From: Phoronis australis
Lineage: Eukaryota; Animalia; Phoronida
Assembly (NCBI GenBank): GCA_002633005.1
Contig: NMRA01000360.1
Coordinates: 313,065 to 377,064, forward strand
DNA: 64,000 nt
Reading direction: 5' to 3'
Of the stretch, positions 44,946 to 64,000 are shown one piece after another. How positions within the stretch are numbered: the stretch's first letter is position 1; the number at the start of each line of letters is the position of its first letter. Both the position numbers and the translations under genes were made by a program. The notes under the pieces were generated by a model, which saw only the letters and a program-made list of their open reading frames with translations, had not been told where the DNA came from and made no database searches.

Positions 44946-47187
44946 GAGCAATGTGGACATTATGATTGGCCATCAATGTTGTTGACCCAACAACTGAGAA
45001 ACTGCGGACGTTCTGTGTAGTATGCGAATAGTTACCTCGTTGCAAAGGTTTTTTCTAATGCTTGTGAACAGAATTTTTAGATATACCGTAATTAGTATCA
45101 GAGCGGCACATTTTTTTGAAGAGAAGGTGGGGATGATTCTTTTATCTTGCCTTTTGCCCTCAAATAAAAGATCTGCCTTGGTGCATTGTGAATGCACATC
45201 TAGTCGCCACAACAGCATCAGCGTAATAACTGTTCCTAACCCATGACAGTCTAGCCAGATCAAAGATAATCCGCAGGTATACATAAAAACACCACACTGT
45301 TCTCAGTCACAGTGTCGAGAAACCTTGACAAGTTTTAGGATTTTTGTCGATTTGAGATGTATAGGCCATGATGAATGTATCACTGTGCAAAAAGCCCATT
45401 CTTTTACTAGTAGGATTAGTTCTAGGAATTCTCACTTTTATGAGACCATTTGAACAGGTAGTGACACCTGCCAAATAAACAAAGGAATTTTGATCAACCT
45501 TTGCCAGCAACTTTGTCAGCTAACTTTGTGACTTGATTTTCTGACTTAATTGCCTACCTTGTGACTGGACGTTTGAGGCCAAGGTATATACCGGTGCTGA
45601 CTGTCAAGATATTTCTTTTTAACAAGCTTCCGTTGCACAAAATCACCAAAGAGCTCTTATATTCATGAACTATCGGTCATTGTTTACAAATTTCCACTCC
45701 ATGACACATGTATACCGGTACATGTAGCCATGTTTGAGCAGACTAAGATTTTTCTTCTGTAGTTATTTTTTCTTATGAATTCGAAAAAATGGTTATGCCG
45801 CGAAACCACAAGACGTTGCTTTGTCCATGGAGGAGCCTGGTGTTGCATCATCATCAGAGTATGTGTAGGGAATCTGAAATAAAATGCCTCACTGCTATCT
45901 TCATATAAGTTGTATCACAAAGGACAATCTGGGTCAGCTGTAGGCAGTCTTGGGCTAATTGTACTCCATTGCAATTTTTATTGATCTATGGTTATTCAAG
46001 TAAATACCAGTCTGGTCATCTTGTAAGCTATATGACTGAAGTCACGTGTATGTGTTATTTCCAACTGCTAGTGTTTTAATTGGCATACTAGAACTTTTTA
46101 TCCTGGCAATTTTATCCAATTTTTTTTTTGTTTCACGAGTACTGCTTCAGTGCTTTGATTATCGGAGTGGGACATTTGTTACTCCCTGCCTGGTCAACAT
46201 ATATTGACCTTCAATCATGCTGGGTATTGTCGCAGGAAGTTTTCTGAATGAGGGCCCATGGGTTCAGCTGAGGACAGAAAATAACTTTCTGTAGTTTGTA
46301 TCCAGTTTAATGAATGAATGTATAAATGGCAAGCACTGAACATGGATAAGAATTGGTAAAGGGACTATTGATCTAAAAGGTGAAGCTTACACCTAGAAAT
46401 TTCAAGGCAGTGTTGTGGATTTGTGGTAAAATTTCACCAATTTTGTATATAAATAATTGCCAAAATTGCCCTTTGTTTTTCAGAAGCTGCTATTTTCGGA
46501 AATGCGTGTCCTTTTCCAGATATTGTGTGGTGGTTGCCATGGTCCGAACAGAACTTGAACATGGAAAAAGCATTAATTTGGTGTTACATATCTTTTATGG
46601 AAAACTAAAATTCAATTATCCACGACGTGACAAACGTAGAACAAAAAATATTTGAACTTTTTAGACGTAATAAACTAATTCGTATTACGAAACTTCAGTT
46701 GATATAGTCTTGCTAAACATAAATCAGTTATAGTGGATTGGTGTTGGATAGCAGACGATGTATAATCCAGTCCATGCAGACGAATCTGAGACTGGTTTCC
46801 ATTCAATATCGTCATTTTGGCGCAGGGCTATGGTTAATTAAACAGTTGGATGTCACGCCCTGCAGTATAATTCACATTGTCTTTTGTAAACTCGGACACG
46901 ATAAAATGAATGAAGCAGAAAGCTTACTGTTTCTTACTTCATTAGCTAGCCCTGGCACTTTGTCGTTTTAGAAAATTTGTATCGAGGTCGTTGCCTGGTC
47001 CCCGGCTGTATTAAGTTTATGTGCATTGTCGCATAACTAGGCAGAGACCAGGTACGAAAGGGGATTGAATGATTGTGTTAAACAGGGGCACAATTCAAGA
47101 TTTCATTGTAAAATTGTTATTTTTCCCGTTCAATCCACAATCGGCGAAAGGTGCCGAGTGACGTGTGCTTGTTCGTTATTACTACCG

Positions 47188-47283
47188 ATCATTTTTACTT
47201 GCGATTCTTTTTACTAGCGATCATTTTACTAGAGATCATTTTTACTAGCGATCATTTTTGCTAGTGATCATTTTTTACTAGCA
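47188..47283. repeat. About 16-bp tandem repeat (GATCATTTTTACTAGC), about 6 copies
   Basis: Direct inspection. Confidence 0.8.
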
Positions 47284-48308
47284 ATATTGGCGTGGCGGTG
47301 AAGTTTCCCCCTCACGATTAGGTGTGTGGCGGTATGATTTACGAGTGGCGGGGCCAAAAAGGAGCATGGCGGGCCGCCCAGAAGTTTACACGCAGGGGAA
47401 GCCCTGTCCAATATACGCCCATACAAAGGGCAGCATCCGATGCTAAGAAAACTCATAAGACTCTACTCGAAGTCTTGGGTAGAATCTGAGGTTGCCAATT
47501 CAAAGTTGAAGTTGCCAAAAAATTTAGTTCCATAAATATCTAACAGGGGTCTTGTTTTTCAAAGCAGCACTTCTAATAACTTTAAACAGATCCTAGCAAA
47601 CTGAAGTCATCTCTTAGACGAAATATTTTTTTTTCGACCTGTCAGAGTGCTTTTCTTGGAAAAGTGGTTCTGTATGGCCATCGGCAAGTGCTACTGGAAG
47701 AAATAGGAAAAATGGGTTGCACTCTGTGCTGTGTGTCCACAACACATTGTTTTCACCGGACACATAAGAAAGGTTTTTTGACTGGCGCCATAATCATGGA
47801 CATCATTAAAAACTATTTGCTTACGTATCAACGCACTGTGTTGTCTGTTAAGTGTATGATTTTTACAATATTGTTATGGTGGAGGTAAGTCGTGTTTATT
47901 GAAGAAGAGAGCTGATGAAATGCCACTGTCAAATCTTGCAATCTGGGATATGTGTAAAGTTATCAACAACTCTGACAGTGTACCGAAGACTGACAGTTTT
48001 CTCTCTAATACACTACTTGAAAATTGACATCGTTTGAAGTTACTTGAAGCACATCACACGATTTTACTGGTTTTACGTCTTTCAGTTTTAGTTTCATTTT
48101 ACTTGTCGTGTTAGTTTACAAGTGAACTCTTCAGTAATGGCTGTGGGCCTTGGGCTTTAGTAGTTGTCAGCTGGGTCTTTATTTAGGTCTAAGAAAATTT
48201 TAATTTTAATCCTTTTTAGTTTCAGGTGGTGTTTTTTAAAGACAAGAGTCATGTTGAGGAAAAGAATGTGATCACACTTGTAAGGCACTTGAGTGTTTTT
48301 TGTACAGA

Positions 48309-63971
<15,663 letters not shown>

Positions 63972-64000
63972 GTAGGAAGGATTTTCCAACTTCTGTTTAT

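Overview
Intron-rich animal DNA, probably an invertebrate bilaterian (taxon not determinable), from a draft assembly of a heterozygous genome. All genes are on the + strand. The window opens with the last exon(s) of an unidentified gene ending in a CaaX box (CVIQ, stop at 1340). A complete 8-exon Rab2 gene follows (CDS 8897-28257, 212 aa), then the 5' part of a CHD6-9/kismet-class chromatin remodeller (19 visible coding exons, 48309 to beyond 63971). The CHD Walker A exons are missing at a single-N contig join (56675). The best finding is an intronic box C/D snoRNA (about 62992-63111) whose guide pairs with U6 snRNA and predicts Am53 methylation; it looks like a homologue of SNORD8/SNORD9, which human CHD8 hosts. 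The Rab2-then-CHD order also mirrors human RAB2A-CHD7 and RAB2B-CHD8, suggesting an ancient Rab2-CHD-(U6 guide snoRNA) unit. The remainder is rich in MITEs and foldbacks (6-bp, 9-bp, 3-bp, TA and TTAA target duplications), minisatellites and three haplotype duplications at N-joins. Most ORFs in the six-frame track are spurious.
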